64,000 nucleotides of DNA from a bacterium (GTDB lineage Bacteria; Joyebacterota; Joyebacteria; Joyebacterales; Joyebacteraceae): assembly GCA_025774545.1 (NCBI GenBank), contig JALGVU010000004.1, forward strand, positions 2,130-66,129, read 5' to 3'. The stretch's first letter is position 1, and every line of letters starts with the position of its first letter. The position numbers and the translations under genes were made by a program. Positions 38,193-49,378 of the stretch are shown in pieces. The notes beneath the pieces were generated by a model that ran no database searches, was not told the DNA's origin, and saw only the letters and a program-made list of their open reading frames with translations.

Positions 38193-40695
38193 CGCCGTCC
38201 TCTTCCTCTTCTTCCTCCTCGCCGTCCTCGTGCTCTTCTTCTTCTTCCTCCTCCTCCGCTTCTTCCTCCTCGACGTCTTCCTCATCGAGGTCTTGTTCTT
38301 CCGCTGCTTCCTCACCCTCCTCTTCTGCCTCTTCCGCCTCCCACTCCTCCCCATCACCGTATTCGTCGCTCGAATCCTCTTCGCCTTCAACGGTCGCCGG
38401 CGGTTCGGCGACGGCCGTCGCGACCCGGACCGGACCGAAGTCCTCGAGATACTCCGGACCGACGAGGACGTCCCTCGCCTTGCTTCCCTTGAACGGGCCG
38501 ACGATGCCGTTCGCCTCGAGGAGGTCCATGAGGCGCCCGGCGCGCGCGTAGCCGACCGAGAGCCGCCGCTGGAGAAGCGACGTCGAGCCCACCTGCGTGC
38601 CGACGACCACCTCGATGGCCTGATCGTAGAGGTCGTCCTTCTGCACGGCGGCGAGCTTCGCCATGCCGCTCTTGTCCTCGAGGTCGAACAGGTACTCCGG
38701 CGGCCCCTGACGCCTCAGGTGCGACACGATCCTGGCGGTCTCCTCCGGGGAGATGTACGCCCCGTGGAGGCGGATGGGATCGGGCTTTCCGGTCGGCAGG
38801 AAGAGCATGTCCCCGCTGCCGAGGAGCGTCTCCGCTCCGTTGCGATCGAGAACCGTCCTGGAGTCGGTCATCGAGATGACGCGGAACGCGATCCGCGAGG
38901 CGAAGTTCGCCTTGATGACGCCCGTGATGACGTCGACCGACGGGCGCTGGGTGGCGAAGACGAGGTGAATCCCGACGGCTCTCGCCATCTGGGCCAGCCT
39001 CTGGACCGGCGCCTCGACCTCGCGGGGCGCCCGAACCATGAGATCGGCGAACTCGTCGACGATGACGACGATGTGCGGGAGCTTGTGCTGGTCGTCCGGA
39101 GGAAGCGCCTCGATCCCGTCGCCCTCCGCGATGCGTCGGTTGAACCCGTAGATGTCGCGAACGGTGAGGGTCGACAGAACGTCGTACCGGCGGTCCATCT
39201 CCCCGACGAGCCACTGGAGGGCCATCGCGGCCTGCTTCGCGTCCGTGACGATCGGGGCGATGAGGTGGGGGATCCCCGAGTACCTGGGAAGCTCCAACCT
39301 CTTGGGGTCGATCATCAGGAACCGAACATCCTCAGGCGTCGAGCGAAAGACCAGTCCCGTCAGGAGCGCGTTCAGGCAGATGCTCTTCCCCGCGCCGGTC
39401 GCGCCCGCGACGAGCAGGTGCGGCATCTTGGCGAGGTCGGAGCAGTAGACGCGGCCCGTCGTGTCCTTCCCCAGCGCGAGCGGGATCTCGGACCGCACCT
39501 CGTGGAACGCCTCGGCGGCGAGGATGTCCTTGAGATAGACGAAGGCCGGATGTTCGTTCGGGATCTCGATCCCGACGGCGCCGCGCCCCGGGATCGGGGC
39601 GATGATCCTGATCGCCGTCGCCTTCATGGCGAGCGCGAGGTCGTCCTGGAGGTTCGCGATCTGGCTGACCTTCACGCCGCGCGCCGGCTCGAGCTCGAAG
39701 CGGGTGATGATCGGGCCCGGGTGGACCTGAACGACGGCCGCGTCGACCCCGAAGTCGGCGAGCCTGTCCTCGAGAAGCTGCGATCGAGCGAGGAGCTCCT
39801 CGCGGGAGACCTCCCGGTGCGCGTTGTCGGGCGGGTCGTCGAGGAGCGAGAGGGGCGGCGGCCGGTACTCGCCCGCAGGGCGGCGCTGCTTGGCCCGCAC
39901 CCGCTGGCGCGACGCGGCCTTCGCCTGGACGATGCGAGGCGGCTTCGGTTTCGCGCGCCTCGGGACTCCCACGGGCGGAGGAGCTTTCTCCTCCTGCTTC
40001 GCCTTCGCGCGTCCCTCGCGCTTCGCACGCGCCGGCGCTGCCTTCTCCGTCGCTCTGCGCTCCGCCCTCTCGGGGCGGGAGCGTTCGGCCTTCGATGCGC
40101 GCTTCGGGCGGTCGCGCGCGGGACGGTCGGACGTCGTCTGCGAGACCGTCCAGTTCCACACCGACGTTGCCGCCGTAGCGACCCACTCTCCGAACCGGAC
40201 GAAGGGGGCCGCGGCGACCTCGAGATCGAACTCGGTCGTCAGGAGAGCGATTCCGAAGATCCCGCCGAGCCCCACGAGGAAGGTCCCGATCTCCCCGATG
40301 TGCCGGGTCCCGAAGTCGGCGAGAAACGCCCCGACGACGCCGGACACGCCGAGCGCGCGATCGCCGGCCAGGAGGTAGGCGAGCGAGACGGCGATCATCG
40401 AGACGGCGAAGATGAAGACGCTCCGGAGGGCCAGAACCTCGGGGTCCGTGTCGGCAATCCTGTTCCATCCCCACAGGATGAGCAGGAGAGGGACCAGCCA
40501 CGCCGTGAGTCCGAGGAGGTTGAACATCCAATCGGAGATCTGGCGGTTCTGCACGCCGAGCTGTGTGGTCCAGATCTCAGAGCCGAGATCGCCGGACGCC
40601 GCGAAGTACGTGTGCGTGCCGAGGCTGACCGCGAGGAGGAGGCCCATGACGAGGAGCAGGACTCCGACGAACTGCCGTCTCTTCTCGTCGGTCAT
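38167..40695 (-). CDS. ftsK: DNA translocase FtsK (ORF track over-extends to 41412; real start MTDEKRRQFVGVLLLV at 40695)
   Basis: N-terminal 4-TM domain, Pro/Ala/Lys-rich linker, motor domain Walker A GATGAGKS, C-terminal gamma (winged-helix) domain, poly-Glu acidic tail. Confidence 0.9.
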   Translation of the reverse strand: MTDEKRRQFVGVLLLVMGLLLAVSLGTHTYFAASGDLGSEIWTTQLGVQNRQISDWMFNLLGLTAWLVPLLLILWGWNRIADTDPEVLALRSVFIFAVSMIAVSLAYLLAGDRALGVSGVVGAFLADFGTRHIGEIGTFLVGLGGIFGIALLTTEFDLEVAAAPFVRFGEWVATAATSVWNWTVSQTTSDRPARDRPKRASKAERSRPERAERRATEKAAPARAKREGRAKAKQEEKAPPPVGVPRRAKPKPPRIVQAKAASRQRVRAKQRRPAGEYRPPPLSLLDDPPDNAHREVSREELLARSQLLEDRLADFGVDAAVVQVHPGPIITRFELEPARGVKVSQIANLQDDLALAMKATAIRIIAPIPGRGAVGIEIPNEHPAFVYLKDILAAEAFHEVRSEIPLALGKDTTGRVYCSDLAKMPHLLVAGATGAGKSICLNALLTGLVFRSTPEDVRFLMIDPKRLELPRYSGIPHLIAPIVTDAKQAAMALQWLVGEMDRRYDVLSTLTVRDIYGFNRRIAEGDGIEALPPDDQHKLPHIVVIVDEFADLMVRAPREVEAPVQRLAQMARAVGIHLVFATQRPSVDVITGVIKANFASRIAFRVISMTDSRTVLDRNGAETLLGSGDMLFLPTGKPDPIRLHGAYISPEETARIVSHLRRQGPPEYLFDLEDKSGMAKLAAVQKDDLYDQAIEVVVGTQVGSTSLLQRRLSVGYARAGRLMDLLEANGIVGPFKGSKARDVLVGPEYLEDFGPVRVATAVAEPPATVEGEEDSSDEYGDGEEWEAEEAEEEGEEAAEEQDLDEEDVEEEEAEEEEEEEEHEDGEEEEEEEDGDADEDEER

Positions 40696-40784
40696 GTGAT
40701 CGAAGAGCGCCACGTGGCGAGCCTCCGGTCGAGCGGGCCACGGCGTCACCGCGGGAGGACTCGAGGAGCAAGGGCGCGATGTGC

Positions 40785-41522
40785 CTACCGGCGATTCGAG
40801 CCCTGCGTGCTGATCCTGCCGTCGGCGACGATCGGGACGGTGTCGTACTTGTCGATCTTCGAGCAGAACTCCAGGTCGTCGGCGAACCCGAGCTCGGCCA
40901 GCACCTGGCCGTGCGATGAGATCCTGACGACGCCGCCGACGTCGTCCATCGACTCCGCGAGCGCGCTGGCGGCGACCGCAGCGTCGTTCAGCGTGAGCTT
41001 GCCGCGGAAGCTCTCCTCGAGCTTCCGCACCATCAGCCCGCCGCAGACGAAGTCCTCGAGGGAGAGCTGTCGGAGATTGCCGGAACACAGGATGGCGACC
41101 TTCTTCGGGCGGGCCGCGAGGACGTGCTTCACGACTGCGCTGACATTCAGGAAGCAGCCGATCACGATCTCGTCGGCGGGCGAGCTCTGGGCGATCGCGA
41201 CGGTCCCGTTGGAGGTCGAGAAGATCAGTGTCTTCCCCTTGACGACATTCCGGGCGTACTCGATGGGCGAGTTGCCGAGGTCGAACCCCTCGATCTTCTT
41301 GCCCTCGCGCTCCCCGCCCAGGAGCGTCTTCTTGCGGTCGAGCGTCGGAATCAGCTTCGTCGCGTCCTCGACTTGTGCGACGGGGATGATCCTCTCGACC
41401 CCGTTCTCGCACGCGTGAACGATGGTGCTCGACGCCCGCAGCACGTCGATGATCACGACGTGCTTGCCCTTGGCGTGGGCTTCCGAGAAGCCGTTCGGCT
41501 CGCTGTGGAGGTTCAGTTCCAT
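40785..41522 (-). CDS. 2-phosphosulfolactate phosphatase (ComB) family protein
   Basis: VIIDVLRASST motif and overall 245-aa ComB family similarity. Confidence 0.7.
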   Translation of the reverse strand: MELNLHSEPNGFSEAHAKGKHVVIIDVLRASSTIVHACENGVERIIPVAQVEDATKLIPTLDRKKTLLGGEREGKKIEGFDLGNSPIEYARNVVKGKTLIFSTSNGTVAIAQSSPADEIVIGCFLNVSAVVKHVLAARPKKVAILCSGNLRQLSLEDFVCGGLMVRKLEESFRGKLTLNDAAVAASALAESMDDVGGVVRISSHGQVLAELGFADDLEFCSKIDKYDTVPIVADGRISTQGSNRR

Positions 41523-41523
41523 G

Positions 41524-42894
41524 CTATTGAGCTACCGCCAGTTCCTTCTCAGCCTTTTTTTTTCGTTCCAGGGTGCCCGTGTCGAAGGCGCCCGCGACGA
41601 AGTCGGGGTCGTTCATCATCTTCACGTGGAACGGGATCGTCGTGGCCACGCCCTCGATGACGAACTCCTCGAGCGCCCTCCGCATGCGCGCGATCGCCTC
41701 CGCGCGCGTGTTTCCGTAGGCCAGGAGCTTTGCGATCATGGAGTCGTAGTGCGGGGGGATGAAGTAGCCGCTGTAGACGTGCGTGTCGACTCGTATCCCC
41801 GGTCCGCCGGGCACGTAAAACTCGGCCACGTGGCCCGGCCGCGGCGCGAAGTCCTTGTCGGGATCCTCCGCGTTGATCCGGCACTCGATCGCGTGGCCCC
41901 TCAGGATCACACCGGACTGATCGAACGGCAGAGGCTCCCCCGCCGCGATCCTGATCTGCTCCTTGACCAGATCGATGCCGGTCACGAGCTCCGAGACAGG
42001 ATGCTCGACCTGGATGCGCGTGTTCATCTCCATGAAGTAGAAGTCGCCCCGCGAATCGAGCAGGAACTCGATCGTCCCGGCACTCTTGTAGGCGATCTCG
42101 CTCGCGCCCCGCACGGCCGCTTCCCCCATGCGCGCGCGCAATTCGGGCGTCACCGCGGGCGACGGTGACTCCTCGATGAGCTTCTGGTGTCGTCGCTGGA
42201 TGGAGCAGTCCCTCTCGCCCAGATGGACGACGTGGCCGTGGCGATCCCCGAGAATCTGGAACTCGATGTGGCGCGGCTCGACCACGAGCTTCTCGATGTA
42301 GAGGTCGCCGTTGCCGAACGCGGCCTCCGCCTCGCCGCGGGCCACCGCGATGTTCCGAACGAGCTCCTCGGGATCGGCGGCGGCGCGCATGCCCTTTCCG
42401 CCTCCGCCGGCCGAGGCCTTCACCATCACTGGGTAGCCGATCTCGTCAGCGATGGACAGGGCCTCATCGTCGCTCGTGACGATCCCCTCGCTTCCAGGGA
42501 TGATCGGCACGCCCGCGCGCGCCATCATCTTCCGCGCCTGAGCCTTGTCTCCCATGAGCCGCATCATGTCGCCGGTCGGCCCGATGAACGTTATCTCGTG
42601 CGCCTCGCAGATCTCCGCGAAGCCGGCGTTCTCGGCGAGGAAGCCGTAGCCTGGATGGAGGGCGTCGGCCCCCGTCACCTCGGCCGCCGATAGGATCGCC
42701 TGCACGTTCAGATAGCTCTCGGCCCCGGGAGCGGGCCCGACGCAGACGGCCTCGTCGGCGAACTTCACGTGTAGCGAGTCGACGTCGGCCTCCGAGTGGA
42801 TCGCGACCGTCGGGATGCCGAGCTCGTGACACGCGCGCATCACCCGGAGGGCGATCTCTCCCCTGTTGGCGACCAGGATCTTCTCGAGCATCAC
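41524..42894 (-). CDS. accC: acetyl-CoA carboxylase biotin carboxylase subunit
   Basis: [18 protein letters not shown]-terminus, ATP-grasp motifs. Confidence 0.9.
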   Translation of the reverse strand: MMLEKILVANRGEIALRVMRACHELGIPTVAIHSEADVDSLHVKFADEAVCVGPAPGAESYLNVQAILSAAEVTGADALHPGYGFLAENAGFAEICEAHEITFIGPTGDMMRLMGDKAQARKMMARAGVPIIPGSEGIVTSDDEALSIADEIGYPVMVKASAGGGGKGMRAAADPEELVRNIAVARGEAEAAFGNGDLYIEKLVVEPRHIEFQILGDRHGHVVHLGERDCSIQRRHQKLIEESPSPAVTPELRARMGEAAVRGASEIAYKSAGTIEFLLDSRGDFYFMEMNTRIQVEHPVSELVTGIDLVKEQIRIAAGEPLPFDQSGVILRGHAIECRINAEDPDKDFAPRPGHVAEFYVPGGPGIRVDTHVYSGYFIPPHYDSMIAKLLAYGNTRAEAIARMRRALEEFVIEGVATTIPFHVKMMNDPDFVAGAFDTGTLERKKKAEKELAVAQ

Positions 42895-42934
42895 ACTCTC
42901 CGCGCCCCCGTTCGTCTGGGGACCTCTGCTCCGC

Positions 42935-43420
<486 letters not shown>

Positions 43421-43452
43421 CTCGCCTCCAGAACGAGGCCGGAAACGGGCGG

Positions 43453-44010
43453 TCAGGCCCGCGAGACGTACGCCCCCGAGCGGGTGTCGATCTTCACGAT
43501 CTGGCCCTCCTGGAGGAAAAGCGGGACCTGCACCACGGCTCCGGTCTCGAGCGTCGCGGGTTTCGAACCCCCAGAGACGGTGTCTCCCTTGACACCGGGG
43601 TCGGTCCGGACGATCTCGAGCTCGACGAAGTTCGGCATCTCGACGACGATGGGCTCAGCTCCGTCGAAGAGCATCTCGACCTCGAGACCCTCCTTCATGA
43701 ACTGCGCCTTGTCCTCGCCCACGGCCTCGGGTGTCAACGCCAACTGCTCGTAGTTGTCGAGTTTCATGAAGTGCAACAGGTCGTCGCGATAGAGGAACTG
43801 GGCCTTCTGCCGTTCGAGTCGGACGTCGTTGATCTTCTCGCCTGCACGCCAGGTGATCTCCAGCACTCGGCCGGTTCTGACCTCCTTGAGCTTGCTGCGC
43901 ACGAATGCGCCGCCCTTTCCCGGCTTGACGTGGAGGAACTCAACGACGGTGAAGAGCTTGCCGTCCTTGCGGATGACCATACCGTTGCGGAAGTCGTTGC
44001 TCGTGGCCAT
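43453..44010 (-). CDS. efp: elongation factor P (ORF extends to 44211)
   Basis: MATSNDFRNGMVI N-terminus and KPGKGGAF lysine loop (the lysine that is beta-lysylated/rhamnosylated in other species). Confidence 0.9.
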   Translation of the reverse strand: MATSNDFRNGMVIRKDGKLFTVVEFLHVKPGKGGAFVRSKLKEVRTGRVLEITWRAGEKINDVRLERQKAQFLYRDDLLHFMKLDNYEQLALTPEAVGEDKAQFMKEGLEVEMLFDGAEPIVVEMPNFVELEIVRTDPGVKGDTVSGGSKPATLETGAVVQVPLFLQEGQIVKIDTRSGAYVSRA

Positions 44011-44285
44011 GTGTCCCTCGGTTGTGTACCTCGTTCCCCGGTCCAACAATGGGTGCAGAATACACCGCACTCCCCCCTTCGTCAACCGGTATGTTCCCGC
44101 CCGGACGCCGCTCCCCACAGCAAAGAAACCCGGCAACCGACGGCGTGAAGCCGGATTGCCGGGACGCCGAACCGCGCTGGTTCCGGGAAGCCCGGGGCTC
44201 GCGACCTTCACGGCCGCGTCCAGAGAGTCTCGGTCGGACCGGGGCGAGCGCAGCGAGGTCGCTCAGTCCGGCGCCACGGCCCCGC

Positions 44286-45188
44286 CTACTCGACGGCCGC
44301 GAGGCTCTGCCGGTACTCCTCGAGCTTCGTTCTTGCCTGAAGGTCGTCCGTGTTGCGCTCGAGGATCGCCTCGCAGATCTCGATGGCGCGGGTGAAGAGC
44401 CCCTGGCGGGCGTAGATCTCAGCGAGCGTGAGCGTGGCGATGCCGGAGAGCTCGTCTTCCCGCGTGCCGGCCTCCTCGGGGTCGACCGGCGCGGCGAAGA
44501 GATCGGCCAGATGGGCCAGCTCAAGCGACAGGCTGCCCACCTCCCGCTCCCGGGCGGCCGGCTGGATCATCGGACGATCCTCGCTCGACGGGATGATGAG
44601 CGGAGGCCGGTCGGCCGCGGGCTCGGCGTCCGGAGGCCGGTCGGCCGCGGGCTCATCGCGCGGAGGTTGGTCGGCTGGGGGCTCGTCGTGCGAAGGCCGG
44701 TCGGCCGCGGGCTCATCGCGCGGAGGTTGGTCGGCCGGGGGTTCGTCGTGCGGAGGCCGGTCGGCCGCGGGCTCATCGCGCGGAGGTTGGTCGGCTGGGG
44801 GCTCGTCGTGCGAAGGCCGGTCGTCGGCCGGAGACGGCGGGGTCAACGCGGCGTCCGGCGCTTCCGCCCGGGCGCGGGTCTCACAGTCGTCCAAGTAGGC
44901 GCGGGCCTCGATGTTGTCGGGATCGCCGGCGAGCACCACGCGGAAGGCGGCTTCGGCTTCGTCGCTCCTGTCGAGGGCCAGTGCCCTCGCGAGAACGACG
45001 CGGATCGACAGGTGGTCCGGGAATTCCCCGAGGGCATCCCTCGCGAGCGCGACGGCCTCATCGACTCTGCCCTGGAGTCGGTAGGCTTCCGCGAGCGGGG
45101 CGAGGACGCGGGGTGACCTCCGCTCGGAGAGCCTCTCTTCAAGGGCGCGGATGGCGCCGTCCAGAGCGTCTCGGTCCGGAGCCTTCAA
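44286..45188 (-). CDS. TPR-repeat protein with internal 20-aa tandem repeats (RPxHDEPPADQPPRDEPAAD)
   Basis: TPR-like helices at both ends; 60-nt tandem repeat x ~3.8 at 44606-44836. Confidence 0.6.
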   Translation of the reverse strand: MKAPDRDALDGAIRALEERLSERRSPRVLAPLAEAYRLQGRVDEAVALARDALGEFPDHLSIRVVLARALALDRSDEAEAAFRVVLAGDPDNIEARAYLDDCETRARAEAPDAALTPPSPADDRPSHDEPPADQPPRDEPAADRPPHDEPPADQPPRDEPAADRPSHDEPPADQPPRDEPAADRPPDAEPAADRPPLIIPSSEDRPMIQPAAREREVGSLSLELAHLADLFAAPVDPEEAGTREDELSGIATLTLAEIYARQGLFTRAIEICEAILERNTDDLQARTKLEEYRQSLAAVE

Positions 45189-45248
45189 CGGCGTGTTCCT
45201 GTGGGTTTCGGGTCGCGGAGGCGACGGTCAGAGGTCCTGACCGGCTGA

Positions 45249-45277
45249 ACGCTAGCAGAGGCTCTACCAGGTGTCAA
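45249..45277 (-). promoter_or_regulatory. candidate sigma70-like promoter (TTGACA-17-TAGCGT) upstream of the TPR/efp genes
   Basis: Minus-strand TTGACA at 45277-45272, 17-nt spacer, TAGCGT at 45254-45249. Confidence 0.25.
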
Positions 45278-45319
45278 GACGAAAGCCCGCGCCTCGGCGG
45301 TGAAGCTGCGGCACCACGG

Positions 45320-46327
45320 CTACGGCCGCGGCGCGTGGACCGCGAACGTTCGCGCGAAGGCGTCGAGGTTTCTCATGAGCGACGTCTTGTCGAGGGCCGG
45401 AGCGAAGAGCGACGCGTCGACCATGTAGATGCGTCGCCGGGACGGCTCGTGGAAGCAGTACGTGCGGAACGGTCCGCCTCCCACCAGCTCCCTGTTTCCC
45501 CACCAGCCGGAGACGCGAAGGGCCTCGTGGCCGGCAAACTCCACGCTCTCGATCTCGAACGGCCGCCTTCGCTCGATCACGTCGCCATCGTAGTACTGTC
45601 CCGTGAGCTCCTCGCGTTTCGCCACGACGAAGTCGCCGGTGAGTTGGACTCCCTCGGCGTCGAACCACGAGATGAAGATGTTCCTGTCCGGACGTGTGCG
45701 ACGGAAGAAGACAAACCCCCGGTCGGCGTGCGTGGTGAAGAACTCGTACCCCGTGGGAGGCGCGATCGACCACCCGAACCGGTCGGCGAGGGCCGCTTCG
45801 ACGCCCTCTCTCCGTCCATCGCTCCGGAGCTTGTCGACGGCGCGTTCGACCGCAGCGTTCTCGTACGCGACGACGAGATCGCGCCCCCCGCGCCCGAGGA
45901 ACGCCAGGAGCTCGGCCTCGTCCCGGGCCATGATGGTGCCCACGAACTGGCCCTTGGCCCAGACGTCTCGGTCCACGTGGAGACGTGGAGGTCCGCCGGG
46001 CTCGAGTCCCGGCATGCGCCTTCTCACGACGCGCTCCACTTCCCCGCCCGTCCAGGTCCCGATGAGGAGGATCTGCCGGCGGTTCGCGAGATCGCGGGCC
46101 TCCGAGGGGGTCGTGAGCGTCGTGCTGAACGCCGGCTCTCCGAGCAGCCAGGACACCTCGCTCTCCATGAGGGCGACGGCCGCCGCGGCCGCGCGATCGG
46201 TCGCCCGGCCGTCGTGCATCACGATCAGATCGTTGCTCTCGCCCACCGCCGTGACCACGGGCCCCGAGCACGAGAGGCACGAGAGGATCATGACGGTCGC
46301 GAGAAGCGCAGTCCTGAGTCTCATCAT
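45320..46327 (-). CDS. hypothetical lipoprotein (DUF4837-like), 335 aa; the ORF-track ORF 45320..46903 is over-extended
   Basis: MMRLRTALLATVMILSCLSCSG signal/lipobox; start ATG overlaps stop of upstream gene (ATGATGA). Confidence 0.45.
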   Translation of the reverse strand: MMRLRTALLATVMILSCLSCSGPVVTAVGESNDLIVMHDGRATDRAAAAAVALMESEVSWLLGEPAFSTTLTTPSEARDLANRRQILLIGTWTGGEVERVVRRRMPGLEPGGPPRLHVDRDVWAKGQFVGTIMARDEAELLAFLGRGGRDLVVAYENAAVERAVDKLRSDGRREGVEAALADRFGWSIAPPTGYEFFTTHADRGFVFFRRTRPDRNIFISWFDAEGVQLTGDFVVAKREELTGQYYDGDVIERRRPFEIESVEFAGHEALRVSGWWGNRELVGGGPFRTYCFHEPSRRRIYMVDASLFAPALDKTSLMRNLDAFARTFAVHAPRP

Positions 46328-47142
46328 CAGTTCCCCCACGAGAGGAGATCTTCCCAATCGAGGACCCTCACACCCGGCGGAATCTCCAGGGCGAAGTCCT
46401 CCCTGCGAACGGGATCGCTCGTCTTCAGGGACTCGAAGCGGAGCTTGACCTTCATCTCGCGGCTCGTGCGCTCGAACGCCGTCATCTCGATCGTTCTCGG
46501 CGCCGCGAGTCCCGCCTTCCAGCCGTGGTCGCCGTAGACGATCGTCACACGCTCGTCCTCGTCGGCGCGCCCGATGTCGATCCTCCTCACGGTCGACAGG
46601 ACCGGGTCGATCTCGACCGAGACGGGCCGGTCGGCGAGCGAACCCCTCACGACGATGAGCTCCTCGTCCCAGAGAGCGGTGGCGTCCTCGAGCCGCGCGA
46701 GGAAGCGAGCGTCCGGGAGGCCAACGAGAAAGGCCGCCGGGTCCTCCGTCCGGACTCCTCCGAACACGTCCTCGAAGCAGCCCTCGACGAGGGTGAGCCT
46801 GGCTGGGAAGTAGGCGCGGGCACAATCGTCCTCGATGGTCGCGAGCGCCGTGAGTGATGTTCCCATGATGCCGAGCTCCGGGCGGAGGTCCGCGCGAAGC
46901 CACGCCGGGCGGCTGTAGACGAGGGCGAACACGAACTTGAGCCTGCGGCCCCCCATGACCACCTCGCCCTTCCCGGAGCCTCGGAGCGCCGAGCCGTCGG
47001 CGAGATGCGAGTCGAGAGACGCGGCCAGGTCGGTAAGCTCGGCCCGCGAGATCGGATCACCGGCGGGAGGCACGCGCGCACAGCCCGCGCAGATCAGAAG
47101 CGCGAGAACGAACAGACGCGCGGATCGGGTGAATCGTGTCAC
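46327..47142 (-). CDS. LolB/DUF4292-like outer-membrane lipoprotein
   Basis: Lipobox LLICAGCA; beta-rich LolB-like pattern; 4-nt overlap with upstream TPR gene. Confidence 0.45.
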   Translation of the reverse strand: MTRFTRSARLFVLALLICAGCARVPPAGDPISRAELTDLAASLDSHLADGSALRGSGKGEVVMGGRRLKFVFALVYSRPAWLRADLRPELGIMGTSLTALATIEDDCARAYFPARLTLVEGCFEDVFGGVRTEDPAAFLVGLPDARFLARLEDATALWDEELIVVRGSLADRPVSVEIDPVLSTVRRIDIGRADEDERVTIVYGDHGWKAGLAAPRTIEMTAFERTSREMKVKLRFESLKTSDPVRREDFALEIPPGVRVLDWEDLLSWGN

Positions 47143-48467
47143 GGTTCCTCCTCGGCTGCTTCTTCCTCCAGCTTGGAGGCCTTCTCGATTCTCTCCCGGA
47201 GTGTCGCGCTGTCCGGCTCGACCGCGAGGCCCCGCGCCCAGGCGGCGATCGCCTCGTTCGTTCGTCCGAGAGCGTAGAGCGCGTCCCCCAGGTGCTCGAG
47301 GACGACCGCGTCGTCTCCGCTCTGATCGGCGGCGAGCGTCAGCTCACGCCGGGCGTCCTCGAGTCGGCCAAGACGGAAGAGGGTCCATCCGAGCGTGTCC
47401 CGAACGAAGCCGTTGCCGGGCCGAAGCTCGACAGCGCGCTCGGCGTAGTCGAGGGCCCGGTCGAGATCGCGGCCCTCCTCGGCCAGCGCGTAGGCGATGA
47501 AGTTCAGCGCTTCGACCGACGCAGGCCGGATCGCCAGCGCCTCCTCGTAGGCCTCGAGCGCAAGATCGAGCTCGCCCGCGTCGTACCTGACCGAGCCCAA
47601 CGCGCCGAGGAGCTCGGGCGTCCGACCGTGCGCCGTGATGGCGCGGTCGAGGAGACCGAGCGCGCGATCGGTCGCTCCGAACGACGAGTATCCTTTCGCG
47701 AGCGCCGCCGCCTCCGTCGGCGTCGGGGTCGTGCCCGCGACCAGCTCCGTGAGTTCGGCGACGCCCTCCTCGGTCCGGCCCAGATCGATCAGGAGCCTCG
47801 CGAGCACCGACCCGAAGGCGCGGTTGTCGGGCTCGAGCCGTCTCGCGCGCTTGAGCTCGATCACCGCCTCCTCGGTCCTCTCCTGGAGGAGCAGGACGCT
47901 CGCATAGAGGAACGCGATCCGCGGGGAGAGTGAGTCCACCATCGAGCGCTCGCGGTAGAGCTCGCCGGCGTCGTCGGTCCGACCCTGTTCGACGAGCGCC
48001 TGTCCGAGCAGCGCGACGAGCAGGCTCGGAGCGCCCGGAGCGGTCGCGTGCTCGCGCACCGCGGCATCGGCCTCTTCGGGCTCCCCAGCGGCGAGCAGGA
48101 GCTCCGTGTGGACCGCGACGGCCTCGAGGTTCGTCGGACACAGATCGCGTACCTCCTCGATGCGGGGACGCGCGTCCTCGAGACGGCCGAGCGCGAGCTG
48201 GACCCGCGCGGTCGCCGTGATGATCTCGCAATGACCGGGGTCGAACGAACCGGCCCGGCGATACTGGACCAGCGCCTCGGACAGGAGCCCCTCGACCTCC
48301 ATGAGCCGTCCGAGGCTGTAGTGCAGGTAGGCCTGCGCCGCCAGTCCCGGGCGGGGGCCCGAAGCGGCGGAGGGGATCGCCCCGGCTCCGGGAAGGCCGA
48401 GCGCGCACGCGGCCACGAGGATGACGAGAGCCGCACGGGCGGCGGTTGCTGTGCTGCGATGCTTCAA
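47139..48467 (-). CDS. secreted multi-TPR repeat protein
   Basis: Signal peptide then ~9 TPR-like repeats. Confidence 0.6.
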   Translation of the reverse strand: MKHRSTATAARAALVILVAACALGLPGAGAIPSAASGPRPGLAAQAYLHYSLGRLMEVEGLLSEALVQYRRAGSFDPGHCEIITATARVQLALGRLEDARPRIEEVRDLCPTNLEAVAVHTELLLAAGEPEEADAAVREHATAPGAPSLLVALLGQALVEQGRTDDAGELYRERSMVDSLSPRIAFLYASVLLLQERTEEAVIELKRARRLEPDNRAFGSVLARLLIDLGRTEEGVAELTELVAGTTPTPTEAAALAKGYSSFGATDRALGLLDRAITAHGRTPELLGALGSVRYDAGELDLALEAYEEALAIRPASVEALNFIAYALAEEGRDLDRALDYAERAVELRPGNGFVRDTLGWTLFRLGRLEDARRELTLAADQSGDDAVVLEHLGDALYALGRTNEAIAAWARGLAVEPDSATLRERIEKASKLEEEAAEEEP

Positions 48468-48827
48468 CGTGTGAGCCTCCGTTCACGGGACGCGGCGAGT
48501 GTAGCACGCGCTGATCAGGCGCCTCAAGGACGATGCCGGCCGCCGAACGTCGGCATGCCCTCAAGGGGCGCCTCAAGGACTGAGGCGCGGCCGGCCACCG
48601 TCGCATTCAAGGGAGCGGCGGCGCGAAGGGTCCCGATTCTCCCGCCTCCGCGCCTTTGACTCGCACGGGGCCGTGTGGTAGGCTGAATCCTGAGGCGGCC
48701 GTGGACGTCGAACACCCCGAGGGACGCGGTCGTGCGTCCCCACGGTCGCGCGAGGCGCCGCTTCGATCCGGCTCGAGCGGCGGCCACGACCGAGCCGATC
48801 ACACACTACGCTGGAGAGGGGGCGGGC

Positions 48828-49358
48828 ATGATGAGAAGGCCACCGGCGCTCCTCGGAGCCCTGCTTCTCCTGACGCTCATCGTCACGGCGGGCTGCTACA
48901 CGGTCCTCAGGCATCCGACGGGGACCGACGTGGTTCAGGAGGACAGCTACTACAGGAGTTGCGCCGACTGTCACGCGGACGCGCAGTTCTACCATGCGTA
49001 CTCCCATCCCTACTACCGCTACGGACGCTCGCACTACCGGTGGAACGGCTACTACGGTTCGCCCTGGTGGTACGACTACTGGTGGTACGAGGACTACGAG
49101 GATGGCGACTCGCCCGACGTCGAGCGCGGCTCGCGGCACCTCTGGCACAAGGGAGGATGGGCCTCGGACGGCTGGGGCCTGAAGGGCTCCACGTCGACGT
49201 CGACGCCGCCTCCGGCGGCCGCGCCCGCGTCTCCGCCGTCCCAGCCACAGAATGAGGGCGGAAAGCGCACCGAGGAGAAGAAGCACGAGGAGAAGAAGGA
49301 GAAGGAGAGCGAGAAGAGCTCACGGCAGCTTTGGAGACCCAGGAAGAAGGGGTCCTAG
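48828..49358 (+). CDS. Tyr/Trp/His-rich small lipoprotein with Lys/Glu-rich tail (ORF starts 48732; real start at the MMRRPPALLG signal)
   Basis: GGAGAGGGGG RBS; lipobox LIVTAGC; aromatic-rich segment CADCHADAQFYHAYSHPYYRYGRSHYRWNGYYGSPWWYDYWWYEDYEDGD. Confidence 0.45.
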   Translation: MMRRPPALLGALLLLTLIVTAGCYTVLRHPTGTDVVQEDSYYRSCADCHADAQFYHAYSHPYYRYGRSHYRWNGYYGSPWWYDYWWYEDYEDGDSPDVERGSRHLWHKGGWASDGWGLKGSTSTSTPPPAAAPASPPSQPQNEGGKRTEEKKHEEKKEKESEKSSRQLWRPRKKGS

Positions 49359-49378
49359 AGACGAGGAGGAGTGAAGCG

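Noticed and set aside
38193-38390. Lys/Arg-rich N-terminal extension of the lolA ORF (MKAKRIRATN...KKRRRRKKKK)
   Set aside because: It is the reverse-frame image of the ftsK poly-Glu tail codons (GAG/GAA read as CTC/TTC, then Lys/Arg in another frame). The genuine signal peptide starts at ATG 38192
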